Positions 29,473-39,270 of a stretch of DNA of 64,000 nucleotides are shown here, piece after piece. The position numbers were made by a program, and so were the translations under genes. Source of the DNA: Candidatus Jordarchaeia archaeon (lineage in GTDB: Archaea > Asgardarchaeota > Jordiarchaeia > Jordiarchaeales > Jordiarchaeaceae); the NCBI GenBank assembly GCA_029856435.1, contig JAHQXB010000063.1, positions 1 through 64,000 on the forward strand, read 5' to 3'. The notes under the pieces were generated by a model. It was not told where the DNA came from. It ran no database searches and worked only from the letters and a program-made list of their open reading frames with translations. Position 1 is the stretch's first letter. The number at the start of each line of letters is the position of its first letter.

Positions 29473-30141
29473 ATGAAGACTGCAGAAAAATCTAGAGGGA
29501 AACAATCGAAGAACGATTTGGAAGAACATTTGGAATTAGAGGCGGAACTGTACTCTTGCATAGCTACTCTGGATATGCTGGGTAAAAATTATGATAATGG
29601 TTTAATTGATGCCTCCACCTACAGCCGCCAAATGAGAGCCTACATCCAAAAAATTATCGACGTACGTAAAAAATTGGAAGAAAAAGGTTTTGATCTAACC
29701 AAGTTTATAGAGCAAGAAAAAATCATAGAAAATTATCCCAACGCTGCGGTGAAGCTAAGAATTGTTAAATCCGATGAAACTGTTATGAGACCAGAGGAAG
29801 AGATACCCTTAGAAATAGTTAAGTTCTCACCAGCAAAATTAGCCACGGAAACAGCTGACCTTGTAACAAACTTCATCACATTAATAGACTGCGTCCAATT
29901 AGGAGACTATGCCCGGGTGGATAACATAGTTCCCATAATGGATGACATAATACTCCTCATGGAAAACTACACAGGACTGAATGACAAGAACTACTGGGTT
30001 TACAAAGAGATAACCGCTTGGCGTGACAAACTCAAAAACGAGCCTCCAGACCTTGTGATTGACTCCGAAGACGCAAAAAAAATAGAGTACGACGCAGTAA
30101 GGTGGTTTAAAGACTTCCGCCAAAGAATAAGACAATTATAG
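29473..30141 (+). CDS. ESCRT-I Vps28-like
   Basis: EAELYSCIATLDMLGKNYDNG.I...Y; TNFITLIDCVQL; expected gene position. Confidence 0.82.
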   Translation: MKTAEKSRGKQSKNDLEEHLELEAELYSCIATLDMLGKNYDNGLIDASTYSRQMRAYIQKIIDVRKKLEEKGFDLTKFIEQEKIIENYPNAAVKLRIVKSDETVMRPEEEIPLEIVKFSPAKLATETADLVTNFITLIDCVQLGDYARVDNIVPIMDDIILLMENYTGLNDKNYWVYKEITAWRDKLKNEPPDLVIDSEDAKKIEYDAVRWFKDFRQRIRQL

Positions 30142-30159
30142 AAGAGGAGCCATAAAAAG

Positions 30160-30894
30160 ATGGGAATACGGGAATTACGCGACCGGATGGAGAAAAAAAA
30201 GTACATGCAAAAAAAGGCCACAGAATTCAAATTGGAGGAAATAAAAAGCGATTTGGAAACCGCAACAGAAACAAAAGAGAAACTGGAAGAAATCGCTAGA
30301 AAATATGGAGTCATCATAGCTACCAGTCCCAAACTACAGGATGAAATTGAAAGAATCAGAAAACAGTACGGAATACCCAACGAATCCATAATCACCCAAA
30401 TAATTTCCGAAGAAGAAGTACTTAAAAGGGGAACAATGGGAATAGGAACAAAAATCGACCACGAAAAACTGGGAATGCTACTCTATCAAAGAGCCCTGCT
30501 TAAACGCAAAGAAAACGGAGGAATAATGACCTTCGCAGAAGCCTACCTACTAACAAACACGGGGAAACTCGCCCAAAAACTTGAAAACAAAGACATTGAA
30601 AAAGCAGTAAAAATACTTGAGAAAAACAAACTCATACCAGGAATACGCCAACTGAAAAGCGGAGTAAAAATAATAAGCTTCTTCCCCATAGAACTAACCG
30701 ACGACCAAAACGAAGTACTAAGCATAGCAAGTAGAAGCGGAAGCGTCACCCTAGAAGAAATAATGCTAAAAACAGGTTGGACAAAAACCCGCGCACAAAG
30801 CGTACTACAAACCCTAGAAGAAGAAGGAATAACCAGAAAAGACAAAAGCTACGCCCACGGAGAAAAATACTACTTCCCAGGATTCGTGCACTAA
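30160..30894 (+). CDS. ESCRT-II Vps22/Vps36 (EAP30)-like
   Basis: NGGIMTF, DIEKAVKIL, LTDDQNEVL, GSVTLEE..TGWTKTRAQSVL, YYFPG. Confidence 0.85.
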   Translation: MGIRELRDRMEKKKYMQKKATEFKLEEIKSDLETATETKEKLEEIARKYGVIIATSPKLQDEIERIRKQYGIPNESIITQIISEEEVLKRGTMGIGTKIDHEKLGMLLYQRALLKRKENGGIMTFAEAYLLTNTGKLAQKLENKDIEKAVKILEKNKLIPGIRQLKSGVKIISFFPIELTDDQNEVLSIASRSGSVTLEEIMLKTGWTKTRAQSVLQTLEEEGITRKDKSYAHGEKYYFPGFVH

Positions 30895-31065
30895 AACTAC
30901 TACAATCCCAGAAGAGCCCTTCACAAAATCCTCTCTTTTCCCGAACGTCACAGCTGCCTTCTGGCTGGTTTTACTTTTAACACCTTCCCCCTTTTTGAAA
31001 CATTTAAGGACACTTGAAGTAGAACAAGAATTTAAAAAAAAGGGAGGAAAAGGGAATTTTCCGCA

Positions 31066-32796
31066 CTACTCAGGCGGAATTTCGGCGTATATAGTAGCCA
31101 TATCTATGCCTACTCTCTTGTTGTGGGCATAGTATGCCGCGAAGATTAAACCGCCCAGGCCGAATACGAACACGTTGAGCAAGAATCCTTGCAGAGCCAG
31201 TGCTCTTATAGCTGCAAATATTACGAAAGTTGTGCCGAAGAACGCTATAACACCAGCAATGGTAATGACCGGTACGCGGCCCACTTGCCACTTGAATCCT
31301 CTCTCATAGATTTCGGGCTTAATGTAGGGGAACAGTATTGCTGCCATGGATCCAAACCAGAGCATAGTTGTATCCATAACCACAGTATCGAAGGCCGCCA
31401 TGAAGATGTCAAGTGATGAGAGCAGAACACCTGCAACGGCAACTATGGCTACTAGTGTGGTTGCCCAAACTGGGCTGTGCCATCTCTCACTAACCTCAGC
31501 GAACTTCACTGGGAATGTTCTGTCGAATGACCATGCGAAGGTGGTTCTGGCAGCGGTGATGAGGAATGGTGGAATGTCGTTCATCAACCATAGGGCGCCC
31601 GCTATGGCAATTAGGAATGCGATGGGCCCTGAAGCATATGGAACTTGCAGTGTCGCGTAGAATGGCAACTGAGTTCCTATAGGAGCCGGCCAACTGGGAA
31701 GGGCCCATGGAGGTATCATCGCCAAGTACATTGAGAGGTTGTCACCCCACACAGCTTGCAGGGCAGCGTATAGACCCGCATATTCAGGGTTCATTGTGAG
31801 GGCCCATGTGATGTCACTCTGAGCTCCTGCTGCGACAACGTACACGTTTGCGAAAAGCCCGCTAGTGTTTAGCGCCAGGAAGCTGATTCCAATGTAGTAT
31901 GCTGCAATTATTAGGGTACCGTAGATTACGGATATTATCATGTTTCTGTTGGGTTCCTTCATCTCGCCACCCACGAATGTGGATGCGGTGAACCCGATGT
32001 AAGCCCAAGTGAGCAGTGCTACTGCGCTAACGGTGTCATCCATTGGTGTGGTGGCAAGGATACCGTTCCAATAATGCAACATGGCTGCTTCAAAGTAGTT
32101 GTTGAATAGTCGGGTAAGGGCGTTGTCCAGCCCTCCACTTGTAATGAAGTCTATGGGGTTGGAGTAGGCTAGGGCGTAGTTGACCATGGCGTTGGCTGTG
32201 TTTCCAGTTATCAGGTAGAATATTGTGAAGAGGCTTCCTATTGCTGAGATGATGAGCATGGCGTTTAGTACTTTTCCAAAGATGTTTAGTCCAGCTACTG
32301 TGACTATGTAGAAGACTATCACCATGATTATTCCTACTATGATGCCAGCTTCTTTTGACTGCATCCAGGTTCCTATTTGGAACAGTCCATCTGTGGGGAC
32401 TCGTCCAATGACTTGGAGTCCGAAGCCCAAGAAGGCTGTGTCTAGAAACGCGATGATGCCGAAGGATAGTGCTACTGATACCCACCAGACCCAGCTGCTT
32501 AGGAATCCTATGAAGGGGCTCATGGTCCGGCTGATATATACGTAGCCGCCGCCGGATCGGGGCATTGCTACTCCGAACAGGGCGAAGACTACTGCAGCAG
32601 ATATGGCGGGTATTGCGCCTATGGCGAATGCCAGTGGTACGTTGGCTAAGGGGAGTGTGGCGGGGGTATTTACTGAGTATTTGTTGATTCCTCCGCCGAT
32701 GACGTTGCAGAGCACTATGGATAGGGCGGTGAACCATCCAATTTCACGTACTAAACCTGTAGCATCTCTTGCGAAGGTTACCTTTTTTGCTCCCAT
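31066..32796 (-). CDS. APC-family amino acid permease
   Basis: FARDATGLVRE, AMPRSGGGYVYISR, GEMKEP, ~12 TM segments. Confidence 0.9.
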   Translation of the reverse strand: MGAKKVTFARDATGLVREIGWFTALSIVLCNVIGGGINKYSVNTPATLPLANVPLAFAIGAIPAISAAVVFALFGVAMPRSGGGYVYISRTMSPFIGFLSSWVWWVSVALSFGIIAFLDTAFLGFGLQVIGRVPTDGLFQIGTWMQSKEAGIIVGIIMVIVFYIVTVAGLNIFGKVLNAMLIISAIGSLFTIFYLITGNTANAMVNYALAYSNPIDFITSGGLDNALTRLFNNYFEAAMLHYWNGILATTPMDDTVSAVALLTWAYIGFTASTFVGGEMKEPNRNMIISVIYGTLIIAAYYIGISFLALNTSGLFANVYVVAAGAQSDITWALTMNPEYAGLYAALQAVWGDNLSMYLAMIPPWALPSWPAPIGTQLPFYATLQVPYASGPIAFLIAIAGALWLMNDIPPFLITAARTTFAWSFDRTFPVKFAEVSERWHSPVWATTLVAIVAVAGVLLSSLDIFMAAFDTVVMDTTMLWFGSMAAILFPYIKPEIYERGFKWQVGRVPVITIAGVIAFFGTTFVIFAAIRALALQGFLLNVFVFGLGGLIFAAYYAHNKRVGIDMATIYAEIPPE

Positions 32797-33377
32797 TTTT
32801 TAAGTCCTCCTTCCTAAGTTGGACTTTCTTCTAAAATTTTTGTTTCACTTATATAAGATTATCTATTTACAATTGTATAGTATTACGACAAACGCCGAAG
32901 CGAACCAAGAAAGGGAGAGTATGGCTTTAGCCAAGGGGAATTAAGAATATTCAAAAAAATTTTTTATTGATATTAGAAATTAAGTCAAAAAAGGTGATTT
33001 AACTAATAATATGAGAATAAGCCTTGTTAGCGGGGAAAATATATAAAAAATTATTATTTTAAATTATTTTTATATATATTAATAATTGAATAACTATTTT
33101 TATTTGAAAAAATATAAATATTAAGTCAAAATTGTCAAAAAAATTCAAAAGAGGGACAGAAGCGATTTAACCAACGAAAATTGTCGTAAGAATTCTGTTT
33201 AATTGACAAAACCGTTAAAAGAAAAAACCAAACATATAATTTAATGGTTTAAACAAATAACTTTTAAAGATAAACAAAAGCACGTATATAAAAGCCAACT
33301 AAACGCCCCCAAAAAAGCCCTAAAACGCGAAAAAGAAAAGATTCATCCCCAGAAAAGGGAAAAGCAACGTAGAAACA

Positions 33378-36300
33378 GTGGTTGAAATGAAAAACAGGAA
33401 AAAAGCTACAGTAGCACTCATACTTTGCGCAATACTCTTCTTTACCACGGCAGTCACACTTACCAATATGATACCTTTAGCACTCCCAACTAGCCAGAAT
33501 AATCCTCCCCCACCGAAGGAAAACGGAGCTTATGCAATAATCCAGATAAATGGAATATATTACAATGTAACCTGGTTTGAAATAAACAACGAAACCATGA
33601 ACCAAACAATCGAAGACAGCATCGTAGGCACAAATAACTACAGTCTTAACGTCAGCTGGAACAATAATGTTAATTGTTCAGTTGCCATGTCTTTCAACAC
33701 CACGAATGATACAATATATTTCAACGGCGTCCAACTATATATAGGGTATAATAATTCTCCACCAGCTCTCAGGGTGGAGCTAAGAAACGGAACCCAAGAG
33801 AACTCAAAATGGGTACCAAGCAACGAAACCATAACACACAAAGAATACAGTAGTAGCAATTTTACTCAAGAGGGAAGTTGGAATACTTTACTAAATGAGA
33901 CATCCATAAGACTTGTCCCATTACATACCTATTTCATACTGCTCAGGTTGGATGACACTACAGGTGAGGATAATAGTAGTTATTACTATTGGCGGTGTAC
34001 TCCAGATAGCGGTAGTGATAGTGATGGTGTCGATGAGGGAAACGCACTGGCCCTAGGATTTAAAGATATAAGCGATTTAAATAACTCTGCTCTTTGGGCT
34101 GGCTGCAGTGATGATTATGACTGCTGGATGATTGTGAATTTCACGAAGCTTCAATACACTCTAAGCCTACAGCTTCCTGTGAATTGGACGCTGAGTTACC
34201 TTATGGTGGATGTTTTCAACAGTACCGGATCTTTCTTTTATCACATTTCGGATAGTGTCTCGGGGAACATTACTGGGGGTACAGGGAGCTTCAATGTTAC
34301 TCTGCCTGATGGCGATAGACTGTATCTTGCAGTTATTAAATTTACAGACATACGTCCAATTTCGTGGTTAACCGTAATTGAAGATACGAGGAATTCTGAT
34401 GGCTACGCCCACACTGTAGGAAATATGAGTGAAGCTCAAAGATTTAGGTTGCCACACGACTCAAACAATCTCTCAGTGCAAATATTGATACGCAACACGG
34501 GCTTGACAGAGAATCTCATAGCGGAGATATGGAATGCCACGTTCGTTGAGTCAGTGGGTAGCTATAACCTTACAGGGAAAGTAGTTGAGTTGGATGTGCC
34601 ATACTGGAACGTTAATTCAGACTATAATTGGTATACCCTCAACTTTGAAGGCTACTTCTTGGAAGGGGACTATTTTCTAGTGATTCATACGAAGGACTGG
34701 GCGGGCGATCCAAGTAGCGGTTTGTTTTACGATTGGGCAAGTCGTACTAGCTTTTATGAGATTCCCCCATTAGAAGGCTATGAAATATGGACTTCACAGG
34801 ATAACCGCAACAATTGGAACTGGCAGGATATGCGAGACCCTTACGGTCACAGGTACTGGCATTGTATGAAGGTGGAGTCGTACAATTCAACGGACACAAG
34901 GAACATTAGTATCTGGATTAATGACAAGCTGGTTGGCAACAATTGGGTGTGGAATGATACAGTTTGGATACCGATACAAAAGACTCAGGGTGATAATGTC
35001 ACCTTCACCGTAACCAGTAATATAGACTTTGAGTATAGTTTAGACTATGACATGTATTACTATAATTATAGCTATGATTTGAATAATGAAACGCAGTTCT
35101 ACGTTAACAATTATTCCATGAGCAACAGCACCCAAGGCTATTTCGCCCAGTACTTTACCAGCAGCCAGCTGGGATACAACAGTAGCAAGGGACTGGTTAA
35201 CCTGACTTTCAAGGCTTGGAACATAACCAGTAAGGAGTGGATAGTTACAAGCATTAACGCCACAATAAGCGCCTCAATGTATTACACAGAAAACATTTCG
35301 GTGCCATCTGCGACAGAACTAAACTACACTTATATACATAGCAGTGACGCTACCATTTCCCTTTCACAAGAACCCCTACACATCGACTACTCTGACCTAA
35401 ATGTATGCGCAGTTGACATGGTTCAACTTAATGGCACAATCCTCTATGGCAACTGGACAAACAACACCTTAACCAGTAAGGTAACAGTGCTCAAAAACGC
35501 TTTTAACGATACATTAATAGGGCAAGAAATCTTGGCAGGGGACAATGTAACAATCACCGTGAACTTTTACTCCATGGTAAATATTGAAACCCCAATCCTA
35601 CCCTACATTGGTGAGCCAGCCACATTAAATATTACGAATGTAATCGATACTCCTGACTACTTGAACGTAACCATAATAAGACCCAACGGCACAATACAAA
35701 CGTGTCAAGGAACCAAGGTGAATAATGAGAACTGGAGCATTAGTTTCACACCTGAAGAAGCCGGAAAATACATTGCGTCAATCACCACGCAATCCACAGG
35801 TGAAAATATAATAAGGAGAGAAGTGGCAAATCAAAGTTTAGAACAATATTACTATGTATTCAATGTATACCAATTAGGGGTGGGACTTAATAAACCTGAC
35901 ATTGGCGCCAAGGAAACTCTAAGCCTAGGAGTACCATATACGTTACAGATATGGGTAAGGTACTTACCATTCAACTCCTCGGAAACCCCGCAGGTTAATG
36001 TAAGTAGCATAACAGTTTTCCTGAATGGTAGTAAAACAATAAATGATCCAGAATTCAATACTTTAACGGGATTCTGGGAGCTTACAATAATATGGAACAG
36101 CCTCTGTAACCTAAACATCACAGTGAACGTTACTGATGATAACAATAGGATTATCGTCGAAAGTTTTGTAGTTCAAGTGGTCTTCCCAAAACCACCATCA
36201 CCTATTCCCATATTATCATTGATGACAGCATATGCGGCCGTGAGTCAGTTCAATATGGACACACTGGCAAGAATCGCCACTATCGTATTCTGGCTACTAA

Positions 36301-36380
36301 TAGTAGTTCTCATCTTTATGCGCGTCTTTTATCCAGATACTCTAATCAAAATCCACAAAAAGCTACTGAGAAAAACATGA
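33378..36380 (+). CDS. Large secreted, membrane-anchored surface (glyco)protein
   Basis: N-terminal basic + hydrophobic signal, many N-x-S/T sequons, beta-rich composition, C-terminal TM helix with basic tail; ATG at 33387. Confidence 0.75.
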   Translation: MVEMKNRKKATVALILCAILFFTTAVTLTNMIPLALPTSQNNPPPPKENGAYAIIQINGIYYNVTWFEINNETMNQTIEDSIVGTNNYSLNVSWNNNVNCSVAMSFNTTNDTIYFNGVQLYIGYNNSPPALRVELRNGTQENSKWVPSNETITHKEYSSSNFTQEGSWNTLLNETSIRLVPLHTYFILLRLDDTTGEDNSSYYYWRCTPDSGSDSDGVDEGNALALGFKDISDLNNSALWAGCSDDYDCWMIVNFTKLQYTLSLQLPVNWTLSYLMVDVFNSTGSFFYHISDSVSGNITGGTGSFNVTLPDGDRLYLAVIKFTDIRPISWLTVIEDTRNSDGYAHTVGNMSEAQRFRLPHDSNNLSVQILIRNTGLTENLIAEIWNATFVESVGSYNLTGKVVELDVPYWNVNSDYNWYTLNFEGYFLEGDYFLVIHTKDWAGDPSSGLFYDWASRTSFYEIPPLEGYEIWTSQDNRNNWNWQDMRDPYGHRYWHCMKVESYNSTDTRNISIWINDKLVGNNWVWNDTVWIPIQKTQGDNVTFTVTSNIDFEYSLDYDMYYYNYSYDLNNETQFYVNNYSMSNSTQGYFAQYFTSSQLGYNSSKGLVNLTFKAWNITSKEWIVTSINATISASMYYTENISVPSATELNYTYIHSSDATISLSQEPLHIDYSDLNVCAVDMVQLNGTILYGNWTNNTLTSKVTVLKNAFNDTLIGQEILAGDNVTITVNFYSMVNIETPILPYIGEPATLNITNVIDTPDYLNVTIIRPNGTIQTCQGTKVNNENWSISFTPEEAGKYIASITTQSTGENIIRREVANQSLEQYYYVFNVYQLGVGLNKPDIGAKETLSLGVPYTLQIWVRYLPFNSSETPQVNVSSITVFLNGSKTINDPEFNTLTGFWELTIIWNSLCNLNITVNVTDDNNRIIVESFVVQVVFPKPPSPIPILSLMTAYAAVSQFNMDTLARIATIVFWLLIVVLIFMRVFYPDTLIKIHKKLLRKT

Positions 36381-36513
36381 ATTCTCTCATTTTTTTCATT
36401 AATTGATAGAAGAGATTTTACACCCTCCTCAACTTTAAGTCGGGACTTTATAGCCAATGATTCTGTAATTCCGTACCTCTATTTTTGGAGGGTTAAATAG
36501 AGAAAAGGAGGGA

Positions 36514-36720
36514 TGGTGCGGAGGACGAGATGTGTTCAGGGGGTAGCAGGTACCACCGCCTTTGAACTCGTGTAGGCCTATGTGAACTCCCAGATGACTG
36601 GGGGTTTCTACGCCACAGGAGCTCTGATATGCGAGTGATTTGAACTCGAAAACCTCAGTCCTGCTCCATGCCAGTCGAGCCCTTGAGGGGCGACATTTGA
36701 CCTGGCTCGGAAACCTCCGC
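36514..36720 (-). tRNA. tRNA-Leu(GAG) with four introns and encoded CCA
   Basis: Acceptor GCGGAGG/CCTCCGC+ACCA; introns 36695-36668 (D-loop, 28 nt), 36652-36622 (37/38, 31 nt), ~36607-36578 (variable arm, 30 nt), 36561-36532 (T-loop, 30 nt); removal gives an 88-nt class II cloverleaf. Confidence 0.92.
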
Positions 36721-37096
36721 ACATATACATATATTGGCAAAATAGGATTACACTAAACCAGTTTTTATAAGTTTCTATGGTAGGTAACGGTGATGTAGAT
36801 TAGTCCTATTCTATCCCTCATTTCGAGGCTCTAAATTATAAAAGAAGCCCTATGAAAGCTTCCTTCGAAGGTGAAACCGAATGAATCTACACCGCGGTAG
36901 GTAACAATATAATGCAATATGATTATATTTTTCGTGTTTAAAAAAGGGGATAGCATACTATTAAAAAATTTTTTGGGACTCTATTTTTAAAGAGTAAGGT
37001 TCAAAAGGAAAACGTATAAAAATTATAATGCGTATCCATTTTGTGTGGTAGAACTTTGTCTGAGCCCAAAAATTTATTTAGGATATTTGGAATAGT

Positions 37097-37265
37097 GCAG
37101 GGATTTCCGAGTGGTCAATACCCAGCAGTGGTTGGCTACAGGAGCTGGGCTTAGGACCCAGTGGCGTAGTGGTGTCGGCCTGTTTTGGTGGCGCCGCGTA
37201 AGCCTTCGCGTGTTCGAAAAGAAGCATCAGATTGATGCAGCTCGATAGTCACGCTCCCTGCACCA
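37097..37265 (+). tRNA. tRNA-Leu(TAG) with three non-canonical introns and encoded CCA
   Basis: Acceptor GCAGGGA/TCCCTGC+ACCA; anticodon arm CTGGG-CTTAGGA-CCCAG uninterrupted; introns 37119-37139, 37170-37201, 37219-37248; 86-nt mature tRNA. Confidence 0.93.
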
Positions 37266-37303
37266 ATTTTTAAAAGTAGGTATATGCCCTGTTTATTTGG
37301 ACT

Positions 37304-38152
37304 GTGAGGTCTTTATTTTTTGGTTTTTGTTTGACGGTGGTTATTTTGGATAAGCGTATTGATAGGATCGATCGCAAGATTGATAAGGGTAGAATTAAAA
37401 GGAAGCGCTCAGAGGATTTGGAGACGACGCAAGCGGTTATTGATAAGAGAACCGCTATGGTTTTGTACGATTTGATTAATAGGGGTTTTTTGGATAGTAT
37501 GAAGGGGGTTGTGGCTTCGGGTAAGGAGTCGAATGTTTATTGGGCGACTGCCGAGGAAAATGGGTTTACTCGGGATTTGGCGGTCAAGATTTATAGGACT
37601 TCGACTATGGATTTTAAGAGGATTTGGGTTTACATTCAGGGGGATCCTCGCTTTACTAAGGTTAAGAGGGATACGCGTTCCATTGTTTATGCATGGGCTG
37701 AGAAGGAGTTCAAGAATCTTAGGTTGGCGGATGAGGCGGGTGTTAGAGTTCCCAAACCCGTTGTTTGGAGGGGTAACGTTCTCGTTATGGAGTTTATTGG
37801 TGAAAATGGAGTTTCTGCCCCTAGGCTGAGAGAGGCAATGGTTGAGGATCCGGAGCCCATTTTTAAAATTGTTTTTGATTATGTTGCTAAGCTTTATGAG
37901 AAGGCGGAATTGGTGCATGCAGATCTTAGCGAGTATAATATTTTATATTGGGATGAGCCGGTAATAATTGATGTTTCTCAAGCGGTTCTTCTCAGCCACC
38001 CTTTAGCATTAGATTTTTTGGCTCGTGATCTAAGGAATATTTTAAGATATTTTTCAAGTTTAGGAGTGGAGGTTCCCTCCTTGGAAGAAGCATATAAAAA
38101 AGTTACGGGTGAAGAATTGGTTGGAGACAAGAGAATTTATAAAAGTTCCTAA
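37304..38152 (+). CDS. rio1: RIO1-family Ser/Thr kinase
   Basis: SGKESNVY, AVKIYRT, WAEKEFKNL, LVHADLSEYNIL, IIDVSQAV; true start probably a few codons downstream. Confidence 0.95.
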   Translation: MRSLFFGFCLTVVILDKRIDRIDRKIDKGRIKRKRSEDLETTQAVIDKRTAMVLYDLINRGFLDSMKGVVASGKESNVYWATAEENGFTRDLAVKIYRTSTMDFKRIWVYIQGDPRFTKVKRDTRSIVYAWAEKEFKNLRLADEAGVRVPKPVVWRGNVLVMEFIGENGVSAPRLREAMVEDPEPIFKIVFDYVAKLYEKAELVHADLSEYNILYWDEPVIIDVSQAVLLSHPLALDFLARDLRNILRYFSSLGVEVPSLEEAYKKVTGEELVGDKRIYKSS

Positions 38153-38702
38153 AGAGCGGGTGGCAGTCATCATAGGTTCAAATGGACAGGTTAAATCTAT
38201 AATTGAAAGGGAAACCAAAACCAAGCTAGACATCAATAGTGAAGATGGCAGCATAGTTATCACTCCAACTGAGGAAACAGATGATCCTTTAGCGGTTTGG
38301 AAGGCTAGAGACATTGTGAGGGCTATTGGCAGAGGCTTCAGCCCCACCAGAGCCCTTAGACTCTTGGATGAGGGGGAACTGTTGGAAATAGTGGATCTCA
38401 CACTTTTCACCAATAAATCTAAGAATTCTCTGACCAGAATTAAGGGTCGGATTATAGGCGCCGGAGGAAAAACGAGAAAAATTATAGAGGAGATCAGTGG
38501 CGCCAATATATCAGTTTATGGGCACACGGTGGCCATAATAGGAAATGTTGAACAGGGCAGAATGGCTAAGGAAGCAATAATGATGCTGATTAAGGGTGCC
38601 CCCCACTCCACAGTTTATAGTGTCCTCCAGAAGAGAAAAAGGTCCCAAAAGAGAAAATGGACCTCTTGGAAGACCTTGGGAGAAAATCAAATCGGAAGCT
38701 AA
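38109..38702 (+). CDS. KH-domain pre-rRNA processing protein Dim2/Pno1/Krr1-like
   Basis: RVAVIIGSNG, AIGRGFSP, GRIIGAGGKTR, GAPHSTVY. Confidence 0.92.
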   Translation: MKNWLETREFIKVPKERVAVIIGSNGQVKSIIERETKTKLDINSEDGSIVITPTEETDDPLAVWKARDIVRAIGRGFSPTRALRLLDEGELLEIVDLTLFTNKSKNSLTRIKGRIIGAGGKTRKIIEEISGANISVYGHTVAIIGNVEQGRMAKEAIMMLIKGAPHSTVYSVLQKRKRSQKRKWTSWKTLGENQIGS

Positions 38703-38704
38703 AA

Positions 38705-39022
38705 TCAAATTCCCTTCAAATAACCATTATCCTCAAGCCACTTTGCCTGCCCTTTAGAGTATCTCCAAATTATATCCGCCCTGTCATCCTGAAAGTCCCA
38801 AGGGGCAACAATGACGACGTCCCCCTCTTTGATCCAGACACGTTTCTTCATTTTTCCTCTTATTCTGCTGAGTCTAACTTTCCCATCGGTACACTTTACT
38901 TGAAGGCGGTCGTAGCCCATCATTTTAACCACTATTCCAAGAATTTCGCCCTGTCTTGGAGTGCGAACCTTCCGGAATTCGCCTTCGTCTTCTTCTATGA
39001 GGTCTTTTTTCTTCGGTGTCAC
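38705..39022 (-). CDS. eif1a: Translation initiation factor aIF-1A
   Basis: GIVVKMMG, RIRGKMKKRVWIKEGDVVIVAPWDFQ. Confidence 0.96.
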   Translation of the reverse strand: MTPKKKDLIEEDEGEFRKVRTPRQGEILGIVVKMMGYDRLQVKCTDGKVRLSRIRGKMKKRVWIKEGDVVIVAPWDFQDDRADIIWRYSKGQAKWLEDNGYLKGI

Positions 39023-39087
39023 AATTTCAACCTTCTTTTAGTCCCTTAAGAATACGTTTCCGTTCTTTTAAAATTTCCTAAATGGCT

Positions 39088-39270
39088 GAACTTGTTAAAA
39101 AATTGTTGTTCGGTTTTTCTTGGTTTGGTGTTTCCGCAGGGTGCTTGAGTGATTCTTGCAGGTTTGCGATGGTGCTCTCCCCGCCGTCATGGGAGGTGGC
39201 ACCCGCCACAACAGAACCTTGGAAGAGTCGCAGTTCAGACCGAGAAACGAAATTATTTTTTAACAAGTTC
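39088..39270. mobile_element. MITE (183 bp) with 16-bp terminal inverted repeats and 9-bp target-site duplication
   Basis: TAAATGGCT at 39079-39087 and 39271-39279; TIR GAACTTGTTAAAAAAT / ATTTTTTAACAAGTTC. Confidence 0.85.

Noticed and set aside
36435-36740. 101-aa ORF, and initial SRP/RNase P RNA interpretation
   Set aside because: Fully explained by the four-intron tRNA-Leu(GAG) gene.
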